32,000 bases of DNA from Wigglesworthia glossinidia endosymbiont of Glossina brevipalpis (GTDB taxonomy: Bacteria > Pseudomonadota > Gammaproteobacteria > Enterobacterales > Enterobacteriaceae), in NCBI GenBank assembly GCA_000008885.1, contig BA000021.3, positions 90,001 to 122,000 on the forward strand, written 5' to 3'. The notes beneath the pieces are model-generated. The model had not been told where the DNA came from. It was given only the letters and a program-made list of their open reading frames with translations, and ran no database searches. The first letter of the stretch is position 1. Each line of letters opens with the position of its first letter. Position numbers and translations under genes: made by a program. Below are positions 1 through 9,891 of this stretch, piece by piece.

Positions 1-117
1 TATTCTGGAATGGCATTTGGTATCGGAATTGAAAGATTAGCAATGTTATATTATAAATTATCTGATGTTAGACCGTTATTTATTAATAATTTACGTTTTT
101 TAAAACAATTTAAATAA
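1..117 (+). CDS. pheS: Phenylalanine--tRNA ligase alpha subunit, 3' end (partial; begins upstream of window)
   Basis: Frame 1 reads [38 protein letters not shown] then TAA at 115-117. This matches the conserved enterobacterial PheS C-terminus (..[20 protein letters not shown]). It lies 10 nt upstream of pheT, as in the pheST operon. Confidence 0.85.
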   Translation, partial: YSGMAFGIGIERLAMLYYKLSDVRPLFINNLRFLKQFK

Positions 118-127
118 GCGAGAATAT

Positions 128-2539
128 ATGAATTTAAGCGAAATTTGGTTGAGGGAATATTTAAGTATAAATTTAGATTTAAATGAAATTATTAATAGAA
201 TTACCAAAATAGGGCTAGAAGTGGAAAAAATTATTCCGGTTTCTATGAAATTTTCTGGAATTAAAATAGGAAAAGTTATTTCGTGCAAACAACATCCAAA
301 ATGTAAAAAATTAAAAATCTTTTTAATTAAAATTAATAATAAAAATATTATTAATGTAATTTCAGATTATGATAAAAGCTTAATAAATAAAAAAATAGCA
401 GTAGCCGTAAATGGATCTATATTACCTAATAGAACAATAGTAGAAAAAAAATTTTTATATGGATATGAATCATGTGGAATTTTTTGTACTTATGATCAGT
501 TAAAAATTTTTGGATTAAAAGAAACATCTAAAGATATTATTGTTTTAGATAAAAACGCAATCATTGGCGAAGATATCAAAAATTATTTTTTTCTTAATGA
601 CAATATTATTTGTATAAAAGTTTCACATAATAGATGTGATTGTTTAAACATTATTGGATTATCTAGAGCCATTTCTTCAGAATATAATGAATTATTAGAA
701 AATAAATTAATAAATAAAATTAATTCAACAAAAGATTATGGATTTAAAATAAAAATAAATGAACCAGAAGCGTGCCCTAAGTATTTAACAAGAAAAATAA
801 AATATATAAATCTAAATGTTAATACTCCAATATGGATTTCTGAAAGAATAAGAAGATCTGGATTTAAACCAAAAAATATTATTATAGATATCATAAATTA
901 TGTATTTATAGAAACTGGACAAACAATTAAAATTTTTGACGCAGATAAGATATCAGGAAATATTACAGTAAGATTTTCTAAAGAAAAAGAATCAATGATG
1001 ATTTCAAAAAATAAAAAAATTATAATTCAAAAAAACACATTAGTTGTTTCTGATAAAAATTCTATAATAGAAATAGCTGGAATATTGTTAGGTTATTCTG
1101 CAAGAATTGATTCAAAAACTACCATAAATATTATTATTTCATCTGTTTTATACAGATCTAAATTTTTATTTGGAAATTCTGTTAAATATTGCATAAATTC
1201 TGATTTAGCTTATAGAAATGAAAGAAACATGATTGATCCAAATATACAGCATTTAGCTATAAATCGAGCTACAGAATTAATATTACGTTTTTGCTGTGGA
1301 AGTCCAGGTAAAATTATTAATTATATTAATAATAAATTTTTACCGAAAAAAATTTTAATAAAGCTTTACAAAAAAAAATTATATGAAATATTAGGATTTT
1401 TTATTTCAAAAAAATTAATAGAAAATATACTTTTATTATTAGGATATAAATATGAATTTATCAAAAATTATTGGAAAGTTAGTGTTCCAAGTTGGAGAAT
1501 GTGCAATGTAAAAATAGAAGAAGATTTAATAAGCGATATATCTCGTTTTTATGGATTCGAAAAAATACCTATTGATTTAAGTTACAAGAAAATAAAATAT
1601 AATAATTGTAAATATAATATAAATACATTAAATAATGCAAAGAAATTATTAACAAATAGAGGATATCAAGAAATTATTTCATATACTTTTGTTGATAAAA
1701 ATATACAAAACATTATACATCCAAATAAAATTCCTGTACCTATTATTAATCCAATTTCTACTGAAATGTCTGTATTAAGATTATCATTTTTTACTAATTT
1801 TATTCAAACAATTTTATATAATCAAAATAGACAAACAAAATATATAAAAATATTTGAAAGTGGATTTTGTTTTTCGAAAAATAAAAAATATAAGTTAGGA
1901 ATTAAACAAAGTTTTTTTATATCAGGAGCAGTTTCTGGTTTTAAAAATGTAGAATCTTGGTATTCTAAGCAAAGGGAGATAGATTTTTTTGACATAAAAG
2001 GTGACGTAGAGACTTTATTATATTTAAACGGAAATTCAAGCGATTTTGAATTTAAAACATGTAAAAATAAAGAATTTCATCCAGGTAAAAATTCAAAAAT
2101 TTTTTTTAAGAAAAAATATGTTGGTATAATAGGAGAAATTAATCCTAATATACAAAATAAACTTGATATAAAAAATAGAATTTTCGTATTTGAATTATTA
2201 TGGGATAATATAAAAAATTTTTACGTTCCTAAAATTTATAATATTTCAGATATTCCTTTTAATTATAGAGATATTTCTATTGTCATTTCAAATAAAATTC
2301 CTATTATAGAAGTAATAAAAATATGTAAAGATAGTATCAAAAAAGAATTAATTAATATTAATATATTTGATATTTATCAAGGAAAAGAAATAAAAAAAGG
2401 ACATAAAAGCATATCTATTAGATTAACTTTACAAAATAAAAATTATAATATGACTAATTTAGAAATAAATTCTATTTTGGAAAAATGTATTTGTAATTTA
2501 AAGAAAAATTTTTTGATAGAAATTAGAACAATTTGTTAA
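128..2539 (+). CDS. pheT: Phenylalanine--tRNA ligase beta subunit
   Basis: 803-aa ORF. The N-terminus MNLSEIWLREYL resembles E. coli PheT MKFSELWLREWV, and the length is close to the E. coli protein (about 795 aa). It sits directly after pheS. Confidence 0.95.
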   Translation: MNLSEIWLREYLSINLDLNEIINRITKIGLEVEKIIPVSMKFSGIKIGKVISCKQHPKCKKLKIFLIKINNKNIINVISDYDKSLINKKIAVAVNGSILPNRTIVEKKFLYGYESCGIFCTYDQLKIFGLKETSKDIIVLDKNAIIGEDIKNYFFLNDNIICIKVSHNRCDCLNIIGLSRAISSEYNELLENKLINKINSTKDYGFKIKINEPEACPKYLTRKIKYINLNVNTPIWISERIRRSGFKPKNIIIDIINYVFIETGQTIKIFDADKISGNITVRFSKEKESMMISKNKKIIIQKNTLVVSDKNSIIEIAGILLGYSARIDSKTTINIIISSVLYRSKFLFGNSVKYCINSDLAYRNERNMIDPNIQHLAINRATELILRFCCGSPGKIINYINNKFLPKKILIKLYKKKLYEILGFFISKKLIENILLLLGYKYEFIKNYWKVSVPSWRMCNVKIEEDLISDISRFYGFEKIPIDLSYKKIKYNNCKYNINTLNNAKKLLTNRGYQEIISYTFVDKNIQNIIHPNKIPVPIINPISTEMSVLRLSFFTNFIQTILYNQNRQTKYIKIFESGFCFSKNKKYKLGIKQSFFISGAVSGFKNVESWYSKQREIDFFDIKGDVETLLYLNGNSSDFEFKTCKNKEFHPGKNSKIFFKKKYVGIIGEINPNIQNKLDIKNRIFVFELLWDNIKNFYVPKIYNISDIPFNYRDISIVISNKIPIIEVIKICKDSIKKELININIFDIYQGKEIKKGHKSISIRLTLQNKNYNMTNLEINSILEKCICNLKKNFLIEIRTIC

Positions 2540-2558
2540 ATAAAAAATTTATAGAATG

Positions 2559-3608
2559 TTAATATTCTTTTAATTTTATTTTCCAATTTAATTTTTTCTC
2601 GAAGAAAATTGGAGATAGATAATTATTTTTATTTATTTTAATAATTTGTTTTTTATTAGGATAAAAAGTTTCTTTAAAAAAAGTAATGTGTTCTTTATTG
2701 ATCGGTAAATTATAGAAATTAGCTCCATTTATAGAACAAAAATTTTCTAATTTATTTAAAATATTAAGATTGTCAAAAACTGTAGCATACATTTCAAGAG
2801 CAATTGGAGAATTAAATATTCCTGCGAATCCCATGCTAGATTCTTTGTTTTTCAAAACATGAGGAGCACTATCAGTTCCAAGAAAAAATCTATTACAATT
2901 TCCAGATATAGCCTTATGTAAGGCAAATTGATCTATTTTTTTTTTTAAAATTGGAAAACAATATAAATGTGGTTTTATTTTATTTGATAACATATCATTA
3001 TAATTAAACATTAAATGATGTGGAGTTATAGTTGCTCCTAATAATGAATCTTCTGATATTACATATTCCACAGCTATTTTTGTAGAAATATGTTCAAAAA
3101 CAATTTTTAATTTAGGAAAATTTTTACGTATTGGAATCATTACTTTTTCTATAAATTTAGCTTCTCTGTCGAATATATCTGTTTTTTCATCGCTTATTTC
3201 TCCATGAACTGATAAAATCATTCCTATTTTTTGCATAATTTCTAATATATGAAATATATTTTCAAAATTTTTTATTCCTTTTTCAGAATTAGTAGTAGTA
3301 TTTGATATATACATTTTAGCTGCAATGAAAATTTTATTTAAAAATCCATCAACTAACATCTTTTTATCGCAATTTTCAGTTAAATATAAAGTCATTAATG
3401 GATTAAATTTATGTAATTTAGGAATAAAAGAACATATTTCTTTTTTATAAACACTTGCAAAATGAGAATTTATAATTGGTTGATTTAAATTAGGCATTAC
3501 TAATGCTCTTCCAAAAAATTGACTAGTATAAGGAAGAATTTTTTTTAGTATTTCTTTTTCTCTGAGATGTATGTGAAAATCATCTGGCTTTATTATTTTT
3601 AATAACAT
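2559..3608 (-). CDS. pyrC: Dihydroorotase
   Basis: 349 aa. It aligns end to end with E. coli PyrC as I recall it (KPDDFHIHLR vs RPDDWHLHLR; PHLYCFPILKK vs PHLYCLPILKR; LGTDSAPH shared). Confidence 0.95.
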   Translation of the reverse strand: MLLKIIKPDDFHIHLREKEILKKILPYTSQFFGRALVMPNLNQPIINSHFASVYKKEICSFIPKLHKFNPLMTLYLTENCDKKMLVDGFLNKIFIAAKMYISNTTTNSEKGIKNFENIFHILEIMQKIGMILSVHGEISDEKTDIFDREAKFIEKVMIPIRKNFPKLKIVFEHISTKIAVEYVISEDSLLGATITPHHLMFNYNDMLSNKIKPHLYCFPILKKKIDQFALHKAISGNCNRFFLGTDSAPHVLKNKESSMGFAGIFNSPIALEMYATVFDNLNILNKLENFCSINGANFYNLPINKEHITFFKETFYPNKKQIIKINKNNYLSPIFFEKKLNWKIKLKEY

Positions 3609-3716
3609 TTTTATTAAATTATTATTTATATTTTATCTATAAAATTACCAATTTATTTGTTTATATAAATATATTATAAAAAATAATTTTATAAAATACT
3701 ATAAATATAAATTTTT

Positions 3717-6068
3717 CTATATTATTTTTTGTTTTTTTTTTATTTGAACTTTCTTAATAATTTTAGCTTTGTTTATATTATTTTTGTTAATTATTTTATT
3801 TTTCTCTACGTTGGAATTTTTATTTTTATAAGATATTTTTTTTATTAAAAAGTTATTTGATTTGTTTTGATATTTTTTTTTGCTACATACTAATCTTAAA
3901 TATTTAGGAATACGTCTAATTTTATTAGTAAAAACAAGATGTTTTTTATTTTTATTAAAAATAATATTATTATTTTTTGTATTACTAATTAATTTAATAT
4001 TTTTTTCGTTTAAATTTTCCCTTATAATAGAATTTAAATTTTTATTTTGAGAAAAAAATTTATTATTATAATTAATATGAGTAAATTTTGAATTATTTTT
4101 TTTTATTTTTAATTTATTAGATTCTTCATAAGAAGAACAATAAAAAAATGAATCATTATTATTTTCTGAAAATTTTTTTATATTTTTTATTTTTTTATCA
4201 TTTAAATAATTTTTGTTTTCAATATTTTTTTCTTTAAAAATTTTTTTATTAAAAATATCTTTCGAAGAATCACAAGAAAAATTTTCTGATATAAAAATAT
4301 TATTTTTTTTATCAAAATTTTTCTGATTTTTTAAAATATATAATAAATTTTTTAAATTATAAATTAAACGTTTAAATAAATTTTGATATTTAACTAAATT
4401 ATTAAAGTTTGTTTTTTTACTTTGCGATTTATAAAAATATAAAGAACTATTTTTTTCTGTATATTTTAATTCATTAAAAAATAAATTTTGATTATCGTAG
4501 CACTTTTTATCATAAAAAGATCCATTAGGAATATTTATACAATCTGATTCATAAATTTTTGGTATTAAATAACTTGGTATGTTTGATTGTTCTCCTATTT
4601 TTACTCTTAAAACTAAATAATTTGGAGTTTTCATTTTATCATTTGGAATGATAACTGTTCTTACGCCTTGTTTTCTTTTTTCTATTGCACTTACTGCATC
4701 TCTTTTTTCATTTAATAAGTAAGATGCAATATCAACTGGAACAATAGTATAAACTTTATATGTATTATCTTTAATAGATTCTTCTTCTATTAATCTTAAA
4801 ATTGATAAAGAAAGAGATTCTTTGTCTCTTATAGTTCCAGTTCCATTGCATCTAGGACAAATATAATGACTAGATTCTCTTAAAGAATGACTCATTCTTT
4901 GTCTAGATAACTCTAATAAACCAAATTTAGATATTTGTCCTATTTGTATTCTAGCACGATCTTGTTTTGCTAGTTCTTTTAATAATTTTTCTACTTCTCT
5001 TTGGTGTTTTGAAGTATTCATATCTATAAAATCAATTACAATTAATCCTCCTAAATCTCTTAGCCTTAATTGTATAGAAATTTCATGAACCGCTTCTAGA
5101 TTGGTATTAAAAGCAGTTTCAGAAATATCTATTCCTCTAGTGGATTTAGCAGAATTTATATCTATAGCTGTTAATGCCTCTGTATTATCAATAAAAATAG
5201 ATCCTCCAGAAGGCAACTTAACTTCACGTTGAAAAGCAGATTCAATTTGAGATTCTATTTGATAATGACTAAATAAAGGAACTTCCCCGCTGTATAATTT
5301 TATTTTTTTAATAAAATCTGGACGGCCTAATGAAATTATATATTCTTTAGATAATTCTAATATTTTAGGATTATCTATTAAAATTTCTTTTATATCCGGC
5401 CTTAAATAATCGCGAAATGCTCTAGAAACAACGTCGCTTTCTCTATAAATTAGACATGGTGCTCTTTTTTTTTGCGCTGCTTTTTTTATTTTATCCCAAT
5501 GACTCAATCTAAAAGATAAATCTAATTTTAGATCTTTAATAGATTTTCCTAATCCAGCTGTTCTTATAATAATACCCATTCCGTTTGGAATTTCTAAAGA
5601 ATACAATATTTCTTTAAGTTCTGTCCTATCTTCTCCCTCGATATGACGAGAAATTCCTCCAGATTTAGGGTTATTTGGCATTAAAACTAAATAACTTCCT
5701 GCAAGACTAATAAATGTAGTAAGAGCAGCTCCTTTATTTCCTCTTGCTTCTTTTTCTATTTGAACTATAAGTTCTTGATTTTCTTTTAAAATATCTTTTA
5801 TGTTAGATTTGTTATAATAAATGTTGTTTTTATAAAGATATTCTATTGCAATTTCTTTAAATGGTAAAAATCCATGACGTTCTTCTCCATAATCTATAAA
5901 AACTGCTTCTAAACTAGGTTCTATTCTAGTAATTTTACCTTTATAAATATTGGATTTTTTTTGTATATATCTTAAGTTTTCAATATCTAAATCATATAAT
6001 TTTTGACCATCTACTAAAGCTATTCTTAATTCTTCTTGTTGAGTTGCATTAATTAGCATTCTTTTCAT
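3717..6068 (-). CDS. rne: Ribonuclease E (catalytic N-terminal half conserved; C-terminal about 270 aa is Lys/Asn/Ile low complexity)
   Basis: 783 aa. [30 protein letters not shown] is nearly identical to the E. coli RNase E N-terminus. The Zn-link [12 protein letters not shown] is present. Similarity ends at about residue 520. Confidence 0.95.
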   Translation of the reverse strand: MKRMLINATQQEELRIALVDGQKLYDLDIENLRYIQKKSNIYKGKITRIEPSLEAVFIDYGEERHGFLPFKEIAIEYLYKNNIYYNKSNIKDILKENQELIVQIEKEARGNKGAALTTFISLAGSYLVLMPNNPKSGGISRHIEGEDRTELKEILYSLEIPNGMGIIIRTAGLGKSIKDLKLDLSFRLSHWDKIKKAAQKKRAPCLIYRESDVVSRAFRDYLRPDIKEILIDNPKILELSKEYIISLGRPDFIKKIKLYSGEVPLFSHYQIESQIESAFQREVKLPSGGSIFIDNTEALTAIDINSAKSTRGIDISETAFNTNLEAVHEISIQLRLRDLGGLIVIDFIDMNTSKHQREVEKLLKELAKQDRARIQIGQISKFGLLELSRQRMSHSLRESSHYICPRCNGTGTIRDKESLSLSILRLIEEESIKDNTYKVYTIVPVDIASYLLNEKRDAVSAIEKRKQGVRTVIIPNDKMKTPNYLVLRVKIGEQSNIPSYLIPKIYESDCINIPNGSFYDKKCYDNQNLFFNELKYTEKNSSLYFYKSQSKKTNFNNLVKYQNLFKRLIYNLKNLLYILKNQKNFDKKNNIFISENFSCDSSKDIFNKKIFKEKNIENKNYLNDKKIKNIKKFSENNNDSFFYCSSYEESNKLKIKKNNSKFTHINYNNKFFSQNKNLNSIIRENLNEKNIKLISNTKNNNIIFNKNKKHLVFTNKIRRIPKYLRLVCSKKKYQNKSNNFLIKKISYKNKNSNVEKNKIINKNNINKAKIIKKVQIKKKQKII

Positions 6069-6415
6069 TATATTTTGCTCATTTTATTTATTTACAAAAA
6101 ATTAATTTAGGTAATATGAAAAATATTTTATTAACTAAAATGTATCATAATTTTGTTATAATTATTTTTTACTCATAATTTTTAAAATAATTTGTTTAAA
6201 TTTTTAATAAACAAGATAATTAATAATTTTTAATTGTATTAGATTAAAATTTATTATTTTATTAAGACATAAAATAATGAAATAAATTGATGTTAAAATA
6301 TATTTTAAATCATTATATTTTATATCAAATAAAATAAATTTATAAATTTTTTATATATTCTTTTAAAGCAAATAGTTTCATATAATATATATATTATAAT
6401 AATAGTTTTTAGAAA

Positions 6416-7385
6416 ATGAAAATTTTAAAATCATCAGTAAAGTTTATTTCAATATCAGAAGATGAATCTAATCAAAGAATAGATAACTTTTTAATTAAAA
6501 AAATGAAAAACATCCCTAAAAAGGCTATTTATAGGATGTTAAGAAAAGGAGAAATAAGAATTAATAAAAAAAGAAAAAAACCAAAATACAAAATAAAAAA
6601 TCTGGATATAGTTAGGATACCTCCAATTGAATATTTTAATAATGAAAACACAAATAATTTTAAAAATTTAAGTTTTAATATTGACTCATGTCGCTTATAT
6701 GAAGATAAATATATTTTAATATTAAACAAACCAAGTGGAATAGCGGTCCATAAAGGAAGTGGAATAAAAATTGGAATTATAGAAATATTAAGAAAAATAT
6801 ATTTAAAATATAATTTTTTAGAACTAGTTCATAGATTAGATAGAGGAACTTCTGGTATATTAGTAATAGCAAAAAAACGTTCTGTTTTGTGCGATCTACA
6901 TAATCAATTAAGAAATAATAAAATATATAAAGATTATATTATTTTAGTACATGGAAAATGTACTTTTAAAAAAATATTAGTATCAGCTCCTTTGTTAAAA
7001 AGGTCTTTTTTAAACAAAAGTTTGAAATATAAAAAACAAAAAGGTATAATTGGTTCCCCCTGGGGGCAAAATTTCTCAAACTTATTTTAAAGTAATAGAA
7101 AAATTCAATTCTTTTACTTTGTTAAAAGCCATTCCAAAAACAGGAAGAATGCATCAAATTAGAGTACATTCTAAATATATAAATCATCCAATTGTATGTG
7201 ATAATTTATATAATGATATAAAAAATAAAAAAAATTTATTTTTTAAAAAAAATATCAATAGAATTTTTTTGCATGCTTCTAATATTTGTTTTAAACATCC
7301 AATATCATCAAAAACAATAAACATAAACGCTCCTTTAGAAGAATCATTGTATAAATATTTACAATTGATAAGAAAATGTGTATAA
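6416..7385 (+). pseudogene. rluC: 23S rRNA pseudouridine synthase RluC, interrupted by a single +1 frame change at 7056-7066 (ORFs 6416-7090 and 7050-7385)
   Basis: The first ORF carries the S4 domain and the catalytic motif HRLDRGTSG. The second ORF carries GKISQTYFKV..TGRMHQIRVH, matching E. coli GKPSETRFKV..TGRTHQIRVH. The frame changes from phase 2 to phase 0 inside ggttCCCCCtGGGGGcaaa. There are no other in-frame stops in either half. Confidence 0.8.
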
Positions 7386-7517
7386 CATAATTAATTTTTT
7401 TAATTACTGAAATTTTTATAAAAATACTTTTTTAAAAATTAAATGTAAAAATAATGTTTAATATTTTATTTTTAAAATAAATTTTTTAATAAAAAATTTT
7501 TTAATCAAAGGAGATAT

Positions 7518-7697
7518 ATGGCTGTACAAAAAAATAAACCTACAAGATCTAAAAGAGGGATGAGGCGTTCTCATGATAAAATAAACATACATAAATTTTC
7601 TGTAGATAAAGTTTCAGGAGAAATTCACATTCGTCATTGTTTGACAAAAAGTGGATTTTATTGCGGAAAAAAAGTTTTAAATAAAAAAAATAAATAA
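7518..7697 (+). CDS. rpmF: 50S ribosomal protein L32
   Basis: Hand translation gives [59 protein letters not shown] (59 aa, below the ORF-track cutoff). This is the canonical L32 N-terminus. An AGGAG Shine-Dalgarno sequence (SD) lies at 7509-7513. The stop TAA at 7695-7697 overlaps the fabD ATG by 1 nt. Confidence 0.93.
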   Translation: MAVQKNKPTRSKRGMRRSHDKINIHKFSVDKVSGEIHIRHCLTKSGFYCGKKVLNKKNK

Positions 7698-8641
7698 TGA
7701 AACTTTTTTCAATGGTATTTCCAGGACAAGGATCTCAATTTGTTGGAATGTTGAAATCACTTTCAGATTCCTTTATTATAGTCAAAGAAGTTTTTGAAGA
7801 AAGTTCAGAAATATTAAAATATGATTTATGGAAATTAGCACAAGAAGGTCCATTAAATATTTTAAATAAAACAGAAATAACACAACCAGCCATATTGACT
7901 GCGTCTTTTGCAATTTGGAAAGTATGGAATTCTTTATCTAATATAAATCCTATATTCATGGCAGGACATAGCTTAGGAGAGTATTCTGCGTTAGTTTGTG
8001 CAAAAAGCTTGAATTTTTCTGATGCAATAAAAATAACATCTTTACGCGGTAAATTTATGCAAGAATCTTTAAAAAAAGAATGTGCTATGGCTGCAATCAT
8101 AGGATTGCCTTGTACTATAATAGATAAAATTTGTAAAAGAATATCTATATATGAATTTGTTGAAATAGCAAATTTTAATTCTCCCATGCAAATAATAATA
8201 TCAGGATATAAAAACTCAGTTATAAAAGTAATTAAAAAATCTAAAAAATTAGGAGCGAAATATGCAAAATTATTATCTGTAAATGTTCCTGCTCATTCAG
8301 TTTTGATGAAGCCTGCATCAAAAAAACTTTCTTATGCTTTGAATAAAATAAAAATTTTTACTCCTAAAATTAAAGTTATTAGCAGTTTAAATGTTAAAGT
8401 TCAAAAAAATCCTAAAGAAATTAAAAAAAATTTAATAAAACAAATTTATAAACCAGTATTATGGAATAATACTATAAAGTATTTAATAGAAAAAAAAATA
8501 AAAATTTTTTTAGAGGTTGGGCCAGGAAATATTTTATCTAAATTGCTTAAAAGTTTTTCACAAAATACAAATATATATGGAATATCAATACAACATCCTG
8601 AAATAATTATAAAAGAATCTGGAAGATATAATAAATTATGA
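7697..8641 (+). CDS. fabD: Malonyl-CoA:ACP transacylase
   Basis: 314 aa. It has the GQGSQ loop, the active-site GHSLGEYSA, a conserved Arg (LRGKFMQ) and His (VPAHSVLM). Confidence 0.93.
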   Translation: MKLFSMVFPGQGSQFVGMLKSLSDSFIIVKEVFEESSEILKYDLWKLAQEGPLNILNKTEITQPAILTASFAIWKVWNSLSNINPIFMAGHSLGEYSALVCAKSLNFSDAIKITSLRGKFMQESLKKECAMAAIIGLPCTIIDKICKRISIYEFVEIANFNSPMQIIISGYKNSVIKVIKKSKKLGAKYAKLLSVNVPAHSVLMKPASKKLSYALNKIKIFTPKIKVISSLNVKVQKNPKEIKKNLIKQIYKPVLWNNTIKYLIEKKIKIFLEVGPGNILSKLLKSFSQNTNIYGISIQHPEIIIKESGRYNKL

Positions 8642-9372
8642 ATTTTAATAAAAAAATTTCATTAGTGACAGGAGCTAATAGAGGAATTGGAAAATCAATA
8701 GCAAAAGAACTATTAAAAAGAAATTCTATTGTTATTGGAACATCTACTTCTAAAGAAGGAGTGGATATAATAAACAATTATGTAAAAAAGCAAGGAAAAG
8801 GAATTGTATTAAATTTATTAGATAAAAATTCAATCAAATTATGCATAGAAAAAATAAAAAAAAATTTCGGAGATGTAGATATACTTATAAACAATGCAGG
8901 AACTAATAAAGATGAATTGTTAATCAGAATGAAAGAAAATAGTTTAAATCATGTAATAAATATAAATCTTATATCTGTTTTTATAATATCTAAAATAGTT
9001 ATAAAAGGAATGATAAAAAAAAGATACGGAAGAATTATTAACATTGGATCAGTATCTGGATTCACAGGTAATATAGGTCAAACAAATTATTCTGCGTCTA
9101 AATCTGGATTAACAGGATTCACCAAATCTTTGGCTAGAGAAGTTGCAAAAAAAGGAATTACGGTTAATATGGTATCTCCGGGATTTATTAAAACAGATAT
9201 GACAAAATCTTTATCTGAAAATAACAAAAAAAATATATTATCTAATATACCAGTAAACAGATTTGGATCTACAAAAGACGTAGCAAATGCAGTTATTTTT
9301 TTTGCTTCTGATTTATCATCTTATATTACCGGAGAAACTATGCACGTTAATGGCGGAATATATATGAAATAA
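8638..9372 (+). CDS. fabG: 3-oxoacyl-ACP reductase
   Basis: 244 aa. MNFNKKISLVTGANRGIG resembles E. coli MNFEGKIALVTGASRGIG. The short-chain dehydrogenase/reductase (SDR) catalytic Ser/Tyr/Lys are intact (GSVSG, NYSASK). It has an ATGA overlap with fabD. Confidence 0.95.
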   Translation: MNFNKKISLVTGANRGIGKSIAKELLKRNSIVIGTSTSKEGVDIINNYVKKQGKGIVLNLLDKNSIKLCIEKIKKNFGDVDILINNAGTNKDELLIRMKENSLNHVININLISVFIISKIVIKGMIKKRYGRIINIGSVSGFTGNIGQTNYSASKSGLTGFTKSLAREVAKKGITVNMVSPGFIKTDMTKSLSENNKKNILSNIPVNRFGSTKDVANAVIFFASDLSSYITGETMHVNGGIYMK

Positions 9373-9503
9373 AATTTATACAAATTTATTTTAAATAATA
9401 AAATTAAACTTAATTAATTTTATTTATTTTAATCTTTTATAATATATTATAAAATAATCATTAATAATATATTATTGTCGAATTTGATAGGAAAATGAAT
9501 GAC

Positions 9504-9740
9504 ATGAGCACTATCGAAGAAAGCGTTAAATCTATTATTGCAGAGCAGTTAGGAGTTAAAAAAGAAGAAGTAACAAATAATGCATCTTTCGTGGATGATC
9601 TTGGAGCTGACTCTTTAGACACAGTGGAATTAGTTATGGCGTTAGAAGAAGAGTTTGACACAGAGATACCAGACGAAGAAGCAGAAAAAATTACTACAGT
9701 TCAAGCAGCTATTGATTTTATTAAAGAAAGTAAAAAATAA
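9504..9740 (+). CDS. acpP: Acyl carrier protein
   Basis: [73 protein letters not shown] is nearly identical to E. coli AcpP, including the DSLD phosphopantetheine site. The track ORF starts at 9495, but the ATG at 9504 matches the E. coli N-terminus and is about 11 nt from AGGA. Confidence 0.95.
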   Translation: MSTIEESVKSIIAEQLGVKKEEVTNNASFVDDLGADSLDTVELVMALEEEFDTEIPDEEAEKITTVQAAIDFIKESKK

Positions 9741-9748
9741 AATAGTTA

Positions 9749-9776
9749 GGCGGTCTAAGGACCGCCAATATTTTCA
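9749..9776 (+). terminator. Rho-independent terminator after acpP
   Basis: GGCGGTC (9749-9755), loop TAAG, GACCGCC (9760-9766), then AATATTTTC. This 7-bp all-G/C-rich stem sits 9 nt after the acpP stop in otherwise AT-saturated DNA. Confidence 0.8.
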
Positions 9777-9891
9777 TTTCTTAAAAATAAATAAAAAATA
9801 ATAATTTTTTTAAAAATTTTTTTATTTATTTTCAAATTTATTAATATATTCAATGTCTTATTATTTATATTGTATTAGATCAAAATATAAA

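Noticed and set aside
3717-4540. The repetitive-looking AAA/AAT-rich DNA at the rne 3' end, considered as a tandem repeat or mobile remnant
   Set aside because: It is in frame with rne and open for about 270 codons. There is no fixed repeat unit. It is compositional low complexity (Lys/Asn codons), not a true repeat array.
7021-7030. A third copy of TTTGAAATAT, inside rluC just upstream of the frameshift site. Considered as another instance of the htpX/grpE motif, or an internal promoter for the downstream rluC half
   Set aside because: It lacks the TAGTTTATG half-site. The 9-mer alone is expected several times by chance in 64 kb of two-strand AT-rich sequence.
7735-8187. 150-aa ORF on the minus strand, unusually long for an AT-rich genome
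   Set aside because: It lies entirely antisense to the well-conserved fabD coding region, where the local G+C is higher so fewer stops arise by chance. It has no SD and no recognisable motifs, and its composition mirrors fabD codons.
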